This document shows positions 1-8,824 of a stretch of DNA of 64,000 bases, one piece after another (the first letter of the stretch is position 1; each line of letters starts with the position of its first letter). Made by a program: the position numbers and the translations under genes. Source of the DNA: an uncultured Phycisphaerales bacterium (lineage in GTDB: Bacteria; Planctomycetota; Phycisphaerae; Sedimentisphaerales; Anaerobacaceae); NCBI GenBank assembly GCA_963772725.1, contig CAVYYI010000002.1, positions 1 to 64,000 of the forward strand, in the 5' to 3' direction. Below the pieces are notes generated by a model. That model made no database searches. It was given only the letters and a program-made list of their open reading frames with translations, and was not told the DNA's origin.

Positions 1-395
1 ACTTACTCTTCCCTGCTGCACATAATTGGTTTTTCCCATCTCAGAGTCACCCTGCGATGTAATCTGATTACAGTTAAACTCCGCAATTCTGCGTTCAGCG
101 GCTATTTTTTTTATATCGAATATCATATCCACCGAACCGCCCGCTTTGGCGACAAAATCGGTCAGTTTATCATCCCATTCGCTTTTCTTCTTTATTATAA
201 GAGCCTTTTTTTCTTCTTTTGAGACTCGACGCCGCCATCAAATCCGTGCTCTTTTTGGAAAGCTCATTTTCAAGATTCGCCCGCGTTATCGACCTCGGAT
301 GCATCACAAGGGCGTAAAAACGCCAGCATCACAAAAGCCGCCCCTGCCCACGCAGCCGCAACAGCTAATAAATATTTACGACTTTTTAGCACCAT
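1..395 (-). CDS. pilO: PilO-like type IV pilus assembly protein, partial (runs off window), two apparent frameshifts
   Basis: Manual translation from ATG at 395: MVLKSRKYLLAVAAAWAGAAFVMLAF/YALVMHPRSITRANLENELSKKSTD.../EWDDKLTDFVAKAGGSVDMIFDIKKIAAERRIAEF. N-terminal TM followed by coiled coil; lies directly downstream of pilM-pilN. Frame changes in homopolymers near 318 and 218. Confidence 0.65.
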
Positions 396-406
396 AACAG
401 TCTCAA

Positions 407-1051
407 TCATTCTTTCAGCTTAAACATACATTCTATATCATAACACGTAACTTTCTTATTATCAACCTCTTCGGTATAGTTGGAAACTATCCGGATGTCC
501 TCAATCAGCGGCATAAGCAGGCTTGAATTGCTCAGCTTCGAAATATATTCCTTGATTGCAACATCAGACGCAGAGTTCCCGGAATCATACACACTCATAC
601 TCAAGGCTCGCTGGACAAAAACAGCGTCGACCATCCTGCCCGGCTCTTTCCTGTCGGGAACAGGTTTTTTAATGGGTATCTGCTTTATATCCATTTTCTT
701 CAGCGCCATACGAACCGGCATACACTCAGCGACAGCCTGCAGAACCGGAGAAAACGGAATATACTGGTTGACAGTGCCGGCGACCTCTTCCAAAGTTTGC
801 TGCGTCTTTTTGGTCTGTACATCCACGTCCTTACTGTATTGCACATCTTTGGCGTAGCGGGTCAAAGCCGCGTCGGTTCTTGCGATGGCGGTTTTGCGGG
901 CGACAATTAAACCTTCCTGCGTAAAAAAGTAGCCGAACATAAACAGCACAAGAACACCGGGTATAACTAAAGGAACGGCCATACGAAAGAAAGTTTTAGG
1001 ATTAAAACTCGCAGGCAATCCGCTGCCTTTTAATAAATCTATTTTAAGCAT
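407..1051 (-). CDS. pilN: PilN-like type IV pilus assembly protein
   Basis: N-terminal KIDLL motif (INLL-like), single TM, coiled coil; directly follows pilM. Confidence 0.75.
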   Translation of the reverse strand: MLKIDLLKGSGLPASFNPKTFFRMAVPLVIPGVLVLFMFGYFFTQEGLIVARKTAIARTDAALTRYAKDVQYSKDVDVQTKKTQQTLEEVAGTVNQYIPFSPVLQAVAECMPVRMALKKMDIKQIPIKKPVPDRKEPGRMVDAVFVQRALSMSVYDSGNSASDVAIKEYISKLSNSSLLMPLIEDIRIVSNYTEEVDNKKVTCYDIECMFKLKE

Positions 1052-1053
1052 AA

Positions 1054-2121
1054 CTATATTAACCTCATCGCAAGTCCCGCTGACACCGCCAGCGCCGGTC
1101 CATCGGTTCGCAAAAGCTCGCCGCCGGGAATATCAGGATTATACTGCATTTTCAGGAAAGGATTCCACACTAAAATTTCCACCGGAATGCCGGCCTTTAA
1201 CACATCCGCAAATCCGTTGACCATCGCAAAGCCCCCGCATACATAAATTTTGTTCACCGGCGTCTTGCCGACCTGCGTCAAATAATACCTGAGCGTTTCG
1301 TTAATCCAGACAACCAGCTCCCCGCAGGCGGCCTTGAGATTGCCGGCGAGAGCAAAACTTATATTGCCGTGAGCTTCGCCGGATGCCCGCCGCGGTGAAA
1401 GAGCGATTGATATGGATTCTTCGGATACACCCTCTTCTTCCGCGAGTCTCTTGATAATCTCATCGCCGCCAAAACCAATGGTGCGAATAAACGGAATGCC
1501 GTCGTAACCTAAGATTGAAACGCTCGAAAATGAATTGCCTACGTCCAGCAAGGCAATACCGCTGGCTGTCTCCGGCTTTTCAGACTCCATAAAACAGTTC
1601 AGCGCAGCGAAATCCGTTAAATCCATAAGAACACACCTGGCCGACGCATCCTTGACCAGCTTTGTCTTATTATGTATCGCCTCATTGGCCGCGACAACAA
1701 GAACACCCTTAACGGATTTGTCAGATGCCGCCTCGGAATTGCTCCCCTTGGCCGGCTTAATTACCTGGTAATCAAGCGTAGCTTTTTTAATATCGATGGG
1801 ACAGACCTGCTGAGCCTCGAACGCCACTGCATGAGCGACTTCATTTTGCGGTATGGGCGGAAACTTAAATCCCATTACCATTACATCCTGGCCGCGAAGG
1901 CCGCACACGGCGTATCGGGTCTGGACGAACGTTTTCGCAAAACACCTGCGAATCGCCGCTGTCACATCGCCTTTGACCGAACCGTCCAAACCGTACTTTA
2001 TATCCGTAATAGCCGCGGCGGTTACGGCGTAACCACCGTTATTCCTCCGGACTTGCACCAGTTTTACCGAAGATGTGCCGATATCCAGTCCGACTACTTC
2101 ATTTTGTCCTATGCCAAACAT
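1054..2121 (-). CDS. pilM: Type IV pilus assembly protein PilM (actin-like fold)
   Basis: VGLDIGTSSVKLV, LLDVG, GGDEI, VCGGFA, WNPF and GLAMR motifs. Confidence 0.95.
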   Translation of the reverse strand: MFGIGQNEVVGLDIGTSSVKLVQVRRNNGGYAVTAAAITDIKYGLDGSVKGDVTAAIRRCFAKTFVQTRYAVCGLRGQDVMVMGFKFPPIPQNEVAHAVAFEAQQVCPIDIKKATLDYQVIKPAKGSNSEAASDKSVKGVLVVAANEAIHNKTKLVKDASARCVLMDLTDFAALNCFMESEKPETASGIALLDVGNSFSSVSILGYDGIPFIRTIGFGGDEIIKRLAEEEGVSEESISIALSPRRASGEAHGNISFALAGNLKAACGELVVWINETLRYYLTQVGKTPVNKIYVCGGFAMVNGFADVLKAGIPVEILVWNPFLKMQYNPDIPGGELLRTDGPALAVSAGLAMRLI

Positions 2122-2164
2122 CCTTTTTCAGCTGCTCCTTCTTCAATCTCCAATCTAAAATCGT

Positions 2165-2313
2165 TTCACCGCAGAGACCGCGGAGAACACAGAGACAATT
2201 TTAACCACGAATTCACACGAATTACACAAATTTATTTTACTTTTTTTATAATCCAAAATCACTAATCTAAAATCTAAAATTGAATCAGTGCCATCCGTGT
2301 AATCTGTGATTAA
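2165..2313. repeat. Intergenic composite of 9-bp-period triplets and heptamer runs
   Basis: caccgcagag-accgcggag-aacacagag; accacgaatt-cacacgaatt-acacaaa; aatctaa runs; inverted partner atccgtgtaatctgtgattaa. Confidence 0.75.
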
Positions 2314-2366
2314 TTTTTATTTTATTTTAATTATAATTATATTTTTCTTTGTGTCTTAGTGCCTTC

Positions 2367-2405
2367 CAGTTCGACAGGCTCACTGTCCTGAGCAAAGTCG
2401 AAGGA
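2367..2405. repeat. 39-bp REP-like palindromic element, copy 1
   Basis: cagttcgacaggctcactgtcctgagcaaagtcgaagga; stems ttcgac/gtcgaa and gctca/tgagc. Confidence 0.85.
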
Positions 2406-2416
2406 GTGGTTGCCTT

Positions 2417-2863
2417 TCATCTTTTTTCGCCGACTTTGCGAACCCACCTCTGCCCGTTCTTCTCGAATTCAACGCTATCCGGATTAACCTTTACAATCTT
2501 AACTCCGGCCACAACCATTCCTTCACGGGCGACCTGGCCGTTGACCAGGATGGTGCCTTTGTTGTCGCCATAGACCAGTCCCGTTATAACGCCGTACTTG
2601 TCGTCCATTACCCTTTGCAACATAGAATTCTTTTTGCCGTATCCCCAGAGGTCGAAAATAGTATTATTCCTGATGGCCGACAAAATCGAGGAGCCTTTTT
2701 CCGCTACCAGGCCGTTATACGCTATGTTAAGCACGCAAAGGTTGACCAGCATCAGCAGTATAAAAACCGGTATGCTCATAGGTTTTCTCGGTGGTGCGCT
2801 GATTCGCCGGTGCCTGTCCCGGGTTGGTCTCTTCCGCATCAAAAGGATTAAATTCCTGTCCAA
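2417..2863 (-). CDS. Single-TM pilus/T2SS accessory protein with GspB/PilP-like C-terminal beta domain
   Basis: TM segment, then ITGLVY...ILVNGQVAREGMVVAGVKIVKVNPDSVEFEKNG; located within the pil operon. Confidence 0.55.
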   Translation of the reverse strand: MDRNLILLMRKRPTRDRHRRISAPPRKPMSIPVFILLMLVNLCVLNIAYNGLVAEKGSSILSAIRNNTIFDLWGYGKKNSMLQRVMDDKYGVITGLVYGDNKGTILVNGQVAREGMVVAGVKIVKVNPDSVEFEKNGQRWVRKVGEKR

Positions 2864-2900
2864 AATTCTTCGCCATTTTTCTTATTCCCTAATCTAAAAT

Positions 2901-4223
2901 CTAAAATCGCAAATCTAAAATCATTATTCTTCCCACCAGTCTGCCTCTTTTGACGCCCATATACATAACTTCGATATCATCAAAGTCAAAGAGCTCGGGG
3001 ATAAACATATAACTCACTCCGGGTTTTAATGTAATCGTTCCGGCACCGACGATTGCTCCATAAATACTTCCCGTAGGTGCTATATATAAAGGAGATGCAT
3101 CCGGGGCATATATAGTGCCATAGAAATCACCATTAGGCTGAAAATTTATTGAGCCGCAAGCCGGTGTCCCGTCTGAATTTACGGTTCCTTTTATGCTGAT
3201 AGCCTTAGCAGCTTCGATTTTTTGAGCGTCTGTAGTCAAAGGCGTATCACCATAAGTGAATGCAAAACCAGGCTTTGTTACCAGGCTTTGATTGAGGTAT
3301 AATGTTAATGAGTACCCCGGCGTAACAATCAGTTTTCCACTAAGATTTAGTTCAGAGCCTGTTACAGAAATCGAAATCGCACCTTTATTAACTGCAGCAG
3401 GATTACCAATACGTAAGGTTTCCGTACTCTTGAGATTACTAAGAACAGTACTACTAAGTTGACTACTTCCGTAGATGTAGTAATCCTTATTGTTACCATC
3501 TTTAACCAAATTTCCGGAAGGCAAACCTGTCGGCTGATACACCGGCGGAAAATCAATATAATCATCCGAGGCCCTTGTCTGACCCTCTATCACAACGTTT
3601 TTTGCTAAATTTACAGCTGTATCTATATCGCCGCCTGGTCCTACAACAACATCACCCGGGATGGTAATATTGGGCTTAAGTGTAATTGCGCTAGTCTCAG
3701 TACTATTGGTCTGAACTACAAAATAGCCATTGTCTGGAATTGTACCACATATAATACCAGGAGAGAGATATATATCTTCCTTAGCGCCGATACCGAAAAA
3801 AGACGACTTCAATATAACATTAGCGTGAATTTTTTTTACGGCTCTGCCTGATGTTCCTGTAGAAACTATTTCATATCCCCCTACTTTCGGGTCTGAGCCA
3901 TTAATTGTATAAGAAAAAGTCGCGTTGCCGAAGGAGTTGGCAAGTGTTACCGGCCCGTAGGAATGACTTTGCTGTTTAAACAAGGTTTTGTTAGGTGTAG
4001 TATTCCAGAGGTTTATCATAAAATTCTTGGCTCGCTCTATTCCGGCATCTGCCGCCATACGAGCTGAAATTTCGGTCGCTGCCCTTATCGACTGCAGCCT
4101 GGCTTCCAAACCCAGCCTTATCAGTCCAATTCCGATTAAGGCCAATAACACGACCATAATAACAGCCATCACCAGGGCAAAGCCATTAAACTTTGATTTA
4201 AGATTTGCAATTTTTGCTTTCAT
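2901..4223 (-). CDS. PilX-like minor pilin with large beta-rich C-terminal domain
   Basis: G|FALVMAVIMVVLLALIG (no E5, as in PilX/GspK), ARMAADAGIE motif. The true C-terminus may be DWWEE* ending at 2924 via a 1-nt indel. Confidence 0.8.
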   Translation of the reverse strand: MKAKIANLKSKFNGFALVMAVIMVVLLALIGIGLIRLGLEARLQSIRAATEISARMAADAGIERAKNFMINLWNTTPNKTLFKQQSHSYGPVTLANSFGNATFSYTINGSDPKVGGYEIVSTGTSGRAVKKIHANVILKSSFFGIGAKEDIYLSPGIICGTIPDNGYFVVQTNSTETSAITLKPNITIPGDVVVGPGGDIDTAVNLAKNVVIEGQTRASDDYIDFPPVYQPTGLPSGNLVKDGNNKDYYIYGSSQLSSTVLSNLKSTETLRIGNPAAVNKGAISISVTGSELNLSGKLIVTPGYSLTLYLNQSLVTKPGFAFTYGDTPLTTDAQKIEAAKAISIKGTVNSDGTPACGSINFQPNGDFYGTIYAPDASPLYIAPTGSIYGAIVGAGTITLKPGVSYMFIPELFDFDDIEVMYMGVKRGRLVGRIMILDLRF

Positions 4224-4243
4224 TTTTTCCTCCCAAACCTATT

Positions 4244-4804
4244 CTAATTATGCCTTATAGATGAATAAGTTATAGTCATTGCATTATCCAACGTCAGCAT
4301 CATCTGCGTGCATGCCGGCCCTCTTTCAGGCACAGAAAATCGCACAGACGAAATTTTTTCCGCAAGTTTTTGGGTAGAGGCAGGAGGACTCTGAAGGTTA
4401 AATGTATTTGGCACTAAAGAGCCATAGTCCACCATTAAATTAGTACCGCTCAAATAAAAACGGGCGTAACTGTCTGGAAGAGGTTCGGGCTTCTCCGGAG
4501 GCAGAGCAGCAGGGTTGGCATAGTAAAAAACAGTAAGGGTATCCGACGACCCCCCAAGAACAACAACTAATGAATATGCCCTGCGGCAAATATGGTCAAA
4601 AGCTTTTCCGGCAACATAAGAGTCAGGTACAACTCCTGTGTTATTACGGTTATACATCTTATTCCATCCTCGATGGCTGTCAGCTATTACAAGTCCGATG
4701 CCGCCGAACACCATAACCGATATCAGTATCGTTACCATTAGCTCTATAAGCGTAAAACCGCTTCTATCTCTACAATCTGTAATTTTCATCTGTATCAACC
4801 GCAT
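4244..4804 (-). CDS. Minor pilin (PilW-like)
   Basis: Class III signal G|FTLIELMVTILIS. Confidence 0.85.
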   Translation of the reverse strand: MRLIQMKITDCRDRSGFTLIELMVTILISVMVFGGIGLVIADSHRGWNKMYNRNNTGVVPDSYVAGKAFDHICRRAYSLVVVLGGSSDTLTVFYYANPAALPPEKPEPLPDSYARFYLSGTNLMVDYGSLVPNTFNLQSPPASTQKLAEKISSVRFSVPERGPACTQMMLTLDNAMTITYSSIRHN

Positions 4805-4811
4805 TTTTGCC

Positions 4812-5315
4812 TCACTGCCACCTTGTGTAAGTTTTCAAACTTACAGAGCGTAAATTCCAATCCTCAGCGGTAACTCCGCCGCTTCCATAGTTTTTGAGCC
4901 ATGCAACCTTCACATTCAACTCTCTTATATTAGGAGGATTTGACGGAGAAGCAAGATCCTGATAAGAAAGAGCTGCATAATAATATACACCAGAACCGGC
5001 CATAAGATGAACTACATAGTTTGGATACGTACCGGTAATGGTCATATTCGCGGGGAGAGTAATTTCATTTGCCGGATTATATTGGTCGCCAGCAACCGCC
5101 CTTCCAGCCTCTGCCTTCCACCCTTCCAGAATAAGCGAAGCAACCCTGGCACAATTTATCTGTACATCAGCATGCCTGGAACTCGTCGCACAGTAATATC
5201 TAAAGCCCATCGCGCCTATGACGCCGATAACAATAACGAGAATCGCTATCATTATCTCGATGAGCGTAAGACCCCGGCCGATTTTGGATTTTCGATTTTG
5301 GATTTTCGATTTCAT
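4812..5315 (-). CDS. Minor pilin (PilV-like)
   Basis: G|LTLIEIMIAILVI. ATG at 5315 preferred over the GTG at 5342, which lies inside a repeat. Confidence 0.85.
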   Translation of the reverse strand: MKSKIQNRKSKIGRGLTLIEIMIAILVIVIGVIGAMGFRYYCATSSRHADVQINCARVASLILEGWKAEAGRAVAGDQYNPANEITLPANMTITGTYPNYVVHLMAGSGVYYYAALSYQDLASPSNPPNIRELNVKVAWLKNYGSGGVTAEDWNLRSVSLKTYTRWQ

Positions 5316-5330
5316 TTTTTCTTTTTTAAT

Positions 5331-5598
5331 CACAGATTTCACAGATTAACACAGATTATTCTTTTTATTATTCCTTTTTACTTTATTCCGGCTTCTAACT
5401 TCAGGACTTCTGGCTTCTATTCCAACTTCACTATTCATTATTCATTTTCTTTTCGTGTCCTGGTGTCTTCGTGGTTGCCTTTCTTTACTTTTTGCTTTCT
5501 TCTTTTTAGCCACAGATTTCACAGATTAACACAGATTATTCTTTTTATTATTCCTTTTTACTTTATTCTGGCTTCTAACTTCAGGATTTCTGGCTTCT
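5331..5598. repeat. 88-bp direct repeat (5331-5418 and 5511-5598)
   Basis: Two copies 180 bp apart with 2 mismatches. Confidence 0.95.
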
Positions 5599-5618
5599 TT
5601 CTTTCCGGCTTCTTTCCC

Positions 5619-5649
5619 AAATACAGAAACGGGGACTTTACAGTCCCCG
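5619..5649 (-). terminator. Intrinsic terminator downstream of pilA
   Basis: Minus strand cggggact-gtaa-agtccccg followed by tttctgtattt. Confidence 0.7.
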
Positions 5650-5714
5650 CCTCTTCAGTTCATTTTTTATTCAAACTGTTCATCTTTCGGCCTTTCTTTA
5701 GGCCATTTCTATAA

Positions 5715-5738
5715 CGTGGGGTTAAGACCCCACCCTAC
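5715..5738 (-). repeat. GTAG-type REP element
   Basis: Minus strand GTAGGGTGGGGTCTTAACCCCACG; similar copy at 27080. Confidence 0.6.
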
Positions 5739-5754
5739 ACTTCTACTCAGATAG

Positions 5755-6189
5755 TTACGGATTCCAGGACATTGTGCCGTCCGAATTGCCAATCAACTGA
5801 TAACTCGCTGGATTTGTTGGAGCATTACCAATGGCACGCGATGTACAGGTAATAGTAAATGTAAGCGGATTCATTGCCACCGCTGTAAGTACAAAGTCTC
5901 CAGAGACAAAGTATGTTCCGCTTAAATCAGACGCTAAAAATCCCAAATCGGTGTTTCCTGTACCAACAATATTTGTAGGAGCAGTTCCTTGCGGGCCTCT
6001 CTCAGCATGATATGCACGGATAGCGGTTGCTATGGTGCCAAGCATTGCCTTTCCTTCCGACCACTTGGCGGCATCGATACGGCCGCGAATAATCGGTATC
6101 GCCACAGCGGCGAGTATGGCCACTATCAAAATGACCACCATCAATTCGATTAATGTAAATCCTTTTCTTTTCATAATCTTGTTCTCCAA
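5755..6189 (-). CDS. pilA: Major type IV pilin
   Basis: KRKG|FTLIELMVVILIVAILAAVAIP, 144 aa, with its own promoter and terminator. Confidence 0.85.
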   Translation of the reverse strand: MENKIMKRKGFTLIELMVVILIVAILAAVAIPIIRGRIDAAKWSEGKAMLGTIATAIRAYHAERGPQGTAPTNIVGTGNTDLGFLASDLSGTYFVSGDFVLTAVAMNPLTFTITCTSRAIGNAPTNPASYQLIGNSDGTMSWNP

Positions 6190-6227
6190 AAAAAGTTAAT
6201 AAAATTTGTTCTGGTTCACTTACCTGT

Positions 6228-6255
6228 ATATCGGCCTCCCCTGCCAATTGGTTTA
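6228..6255 (-). promoter_or_regulatory. sigma28/sigmaD-type promoter of pilA
   Basis: Minus strand TAAA-N16-GCCGATAT. Confidence 0.7.
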
Positions 6256-6421
6256 CAAAGTATAACCCAAAAATTCAATTGTGCAAGAAAATTCTTACCC
6301 ATTTCTTCTATTTTACCCATTTTCACAAAAATAATCTTATCGGACATTTCGATTTTAGATTTTGGATTTTAGATTTTGGATTCATTTATTCTTTTACTTC
6401 TCTGCGACCTCTGTGTCCTCT

Positions 6422-6460
6422 CGGTTCGACAGGCTCACCGTCCTGAGCGAAGTCGAAAGA
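6422..6460. repeat. 39-bp REP-like palindromic element, copy 2
   Basis: cggttcgacaggctcaccgtcctgagcgaagtcgaaaga. Confidence 0.85.
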
Positions 6461-6472
6461 GTGGTTGCCTTT

Positions 6473-6784
6473 CTATACTGTTTCGCCGTTTCGGGCGTAA
6501 TCGGCGATAAACGACTCACCGGACTGCCATTCCTGCGGAGTCATCGCCACCGCCTCAATCGGCTTAAAAACCTTAAATATCGCTTCCGATAATATATCAA
6601 TTCTTTCCCAATAGCTCTTGCCCTGGAAATCTTCGGATATTACCACTAGGTCTATATCGCTGTCTGGGCGATAATTGCCCGCAGCATAAGAACCGTAAAG
6701 AACGATTCTTTCCACCTTGACACCGGACGATTCTATCGCCTTTCTAAAATCAGCTATAATCGTTAAAACCGCTTTCTTATCCAT
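6473..6784 (-). CDS. Minimal nucleotidyltransferase (MNT) antitoxin
   Basis: LYGSYAAGNYRPDSDIDLVV (GS-x10-DxD), 103 aa, overlaps the HEPN gene. Confidence 0.92.
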   Translation of the reverse strand: MDKKAVLTIIADFRKAIESSGVKVERIVLYGSYAAGNYRPDSDIDLVVISEDFQGKSYWERIDILSEAIFKVFKPIEAVAMTPQEWQSGESFIADYARNGETV

Positions 6785-7143
6785 TCCATAATTTCCTTTG
6801 TCAGGACAAGCATCTGTTCAGTTACTGCCTGCGTATAATCTCTTTGCAGCTTGTCAATGTCCTCAGGGTATCGCGTCGTAATATTTGCCTCGTTGAGCTT
6901 CGCGATTGCCTGACCTATATTTTCATCCGGTATTATACCAATCTTATCCAACAGATAAATAAGGTTATGGGTCTTCGGCGGAATTTCTTCCAGCTTTTGC
7001 TGATAAAGCCCTTTCAATATCTTTTCAACCGCCAGATGACACATAAAAACCGCATAAAAATACCTTTTGCCGCCATACATAAATTTAGCAGTCTCAAAGT
7101 CATAATCGGCCTGCTTTAGCCATTCCAGGTATTTCTTATCCAT
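6763..7143 (-). CDS. HEPN domain protein (toxin partner)
   Basis: WLKQADYD, FMCHLAVEKILKG, PPKTHNL, TRYP. Confidence 0.92.
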   Translation of the reverse strand: MDKKYLEWLKQADYDFETAKFMYGGKRYFYAVFMCHLAVEKILKGLYQQKLEEIPPKTHNLIYLLDKIGIIPDENIGQAIAKLNEANITTRYPEDIDKLQRDYTQAVTEQMLVLTKEIMEWIRKRF

Positions 7144-7234
7144 TCAAAATCCTAAATCATTTAGCCACAGAGCACACAGAGAGAAAACAAATTTTATTTT
7201 ATTTTTTAAAAACTAATAATTCTCAGCGTTCTCT

Positions 7235-7273
7235 CGGTTCGACAGGCTCACCGTCCTGAGCGAAGTCGAGGGA
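7235..7273. repeat. 39-bp REP-like palindromic element, copy 3
   Basis: cggttcgacaggctcaccgtcctgagcgaagtcgaggga. Confidence 0.85.
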
Positions 7274-7513
7274 GCGGCTAATCTTTCTTTTTACTTTTTG
7301 CTCTTTACTTTTTACTTTTTCTTTTTTAACCACGAATTCACACGAATTAACACAAATCTTTTACAGCCACTGATTTCACAGAAAACACAGATTTTAATTC
7401 AAAGACAGCTTATCAGGTAGTCCTCATGTCTTTCCTGATATTCTGATTTCCTGATTACCACTTATTTCGTGTTCATTCGTGGTTAATTAATTCTTTTTTT
7501 CATCCAAAATCGG

Positions 7514-8725
7514 TTAGCCTTTGATATCGGAAATATAAAATATCGGCAGATACAGTGCCAGCACCGTTACCAGCACAATCATGCCTACAGAAATAATCAA
7601 TATCGGCTCCAGGAGCGTAAGCATCGTTGTAACGAGACTATCCACCCTTCTTTCATAATAATCCGCCGTTTTATCCAGCACGTCCGGCAAGGAGCCGCTT
7701 TCCTCGCCTATCTGGGTCATTTTTATTACGACATTATGGAAAAAGCCGCTCGATGCCATACTCGAGGAAACATTCGCGCCTTCGATGATGCGCTTTCTGG
7801 TGCTCATTATCGCTGTTCTCATAACTTCGTTATTGGTCATACCGGAAAGTATCCCGAAGGCCTCAAGTATCGTAACACCGGAATTAAGCAGGGTTGACAG
7901 CGTCCGGCAGAACATAGCGAAAAACGCCTGCGTGAGAATCTTGCCCACAAAAGGAAGCCTGAGCATCAACTTGCTTAACGCCCCGTGGCCGGCTTGCGTC
8001 CTTTGATACAGATAAAAGCCGGTTACTATGCCGATGATAAGTAAAAGGCCAAAAAACAGGTTGTTGACTATGGCGTCATAAACACCCATAAAGGCCTTGG
8101 TAAACATTGGCAAACTGCTGCCCATACCCTCGAAGATTTTGCGAAACTGAGGAATAATGAAAGTCATCATTACCACAATAACCAATATTATGAACCCGAC
8201 CACAAATATGGGGTATGTGATGGCTCCCCTGACTTTCCTTGCGAACTTGTCGCGGTTGTCGTAATAGGTCGCCAGTCGCTGCAGCGATGCCGGCAGTGAG
8301 CCGCCGGTTTCGCCCGCAAGTATTATCGAGCAGGCAAGGGGATTGAATACGTGGGGAAACTCCCTGATGGTCTCGGCGAAAGTCTTGCCTTCGCGTATGC
8401 CATCGGTAATCCTGGTAACAACCGTGCCGAGATAGCGGTTGTCCATATCGATGGAAATAGTTTCAAGAGCCAGGGTAATCGAAAGACCGCCGCTTAACAT
8501 CACGCTTAGCTGCCAACTGAAATTGGCCAGGTCAGACGACCTGACCTTTTTGTACCGCACCGGCTTTTCTTTCTTCGCCGCTTCGGTCAAAATCGCATGC
8601 AGGGAAACTGGGGTGAGGTTCTGTCCCCGCAGCCAGTGCAATATGTCTTCTTCGGATACAGCCTTTCTCAGACCGGCAACGCGGTTGCCCTGAGCATCCC
8701 ACGCTTCATATTTATAATTAGCCAT
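7514..8725 (-). CDS. pilC: Type IV pilus platform protein PilC/GspF
   Basis: Two GspF repeats, AGETGGSL, ITYP, IGEESGSL, LLEPILI, LYLPIF. Confidence 0.95.
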   Translation of the reverse strand: MANYKYEAWDAQGNRVAGLRKAVSEEDILHWLRGQNLTPVSLHAILTEAAKKEKPVRYKKVRSSDLANFSWQLSVMLSGGLSITLALETISIDMDNRYLGTVVTRITDGIREGKTFAETIREFPHVFNPLACSIILAGETGGSLPASLQRLATYYDNRDKFARKVRGAITYPIFVVGFIILVIVVMMTFIIPQFRKIFEGMGSSLPMFTKAFMGVYDAIVNNLFFGLLLIIGIVTGFYLYQRTQAGHGALSKLMLRLPFVGKILTQAFFAMFCRTLSTLLNSGVTILEAFGILSGMTNNEVMRTAIMSTRKRIIEGANVSSSMASSGFFHNVVIKMTQIGEESGSLPDVLDKTADYYERRVDSLVTTMLTLLEPILIISVGMIVLVTVLALYLPIFYISDIKG

Positions 8726-8769
8726 ACTCTCTTAACTCAAAACTTAAATCTAAAACTACTATAAGGCTA

Positions 8770-8798
8770 TTATCGGCTGATATTGCCAAAGAACGTTA
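8770..8798 (-). promoter_or_regulatory. sigma28-type promoter candidate of pilC
   Basis: Minus strand TAAC-N17-GCCGATAA. Confidence 0.55.
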
Positions 8799-8824
8799 AA
8801 AAACGACCAATAATATGCTTTATT

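Noticed and set aside
146..397. 83-aa plus-strand ORF
   Set aside because: Shadow of the frameshifted pilO-like gene on the minus strand
5007..5714. 235-aa plus-strand ORF
   Set aside because: Antisense to a pilin and runs through low-complexity repeats (Phe-rich translation)
6350..7486. Integron cassette array
   Set aside because: No integron integrase, and the flanks lack clear RYYYAAC/GTTRRRY attC ends
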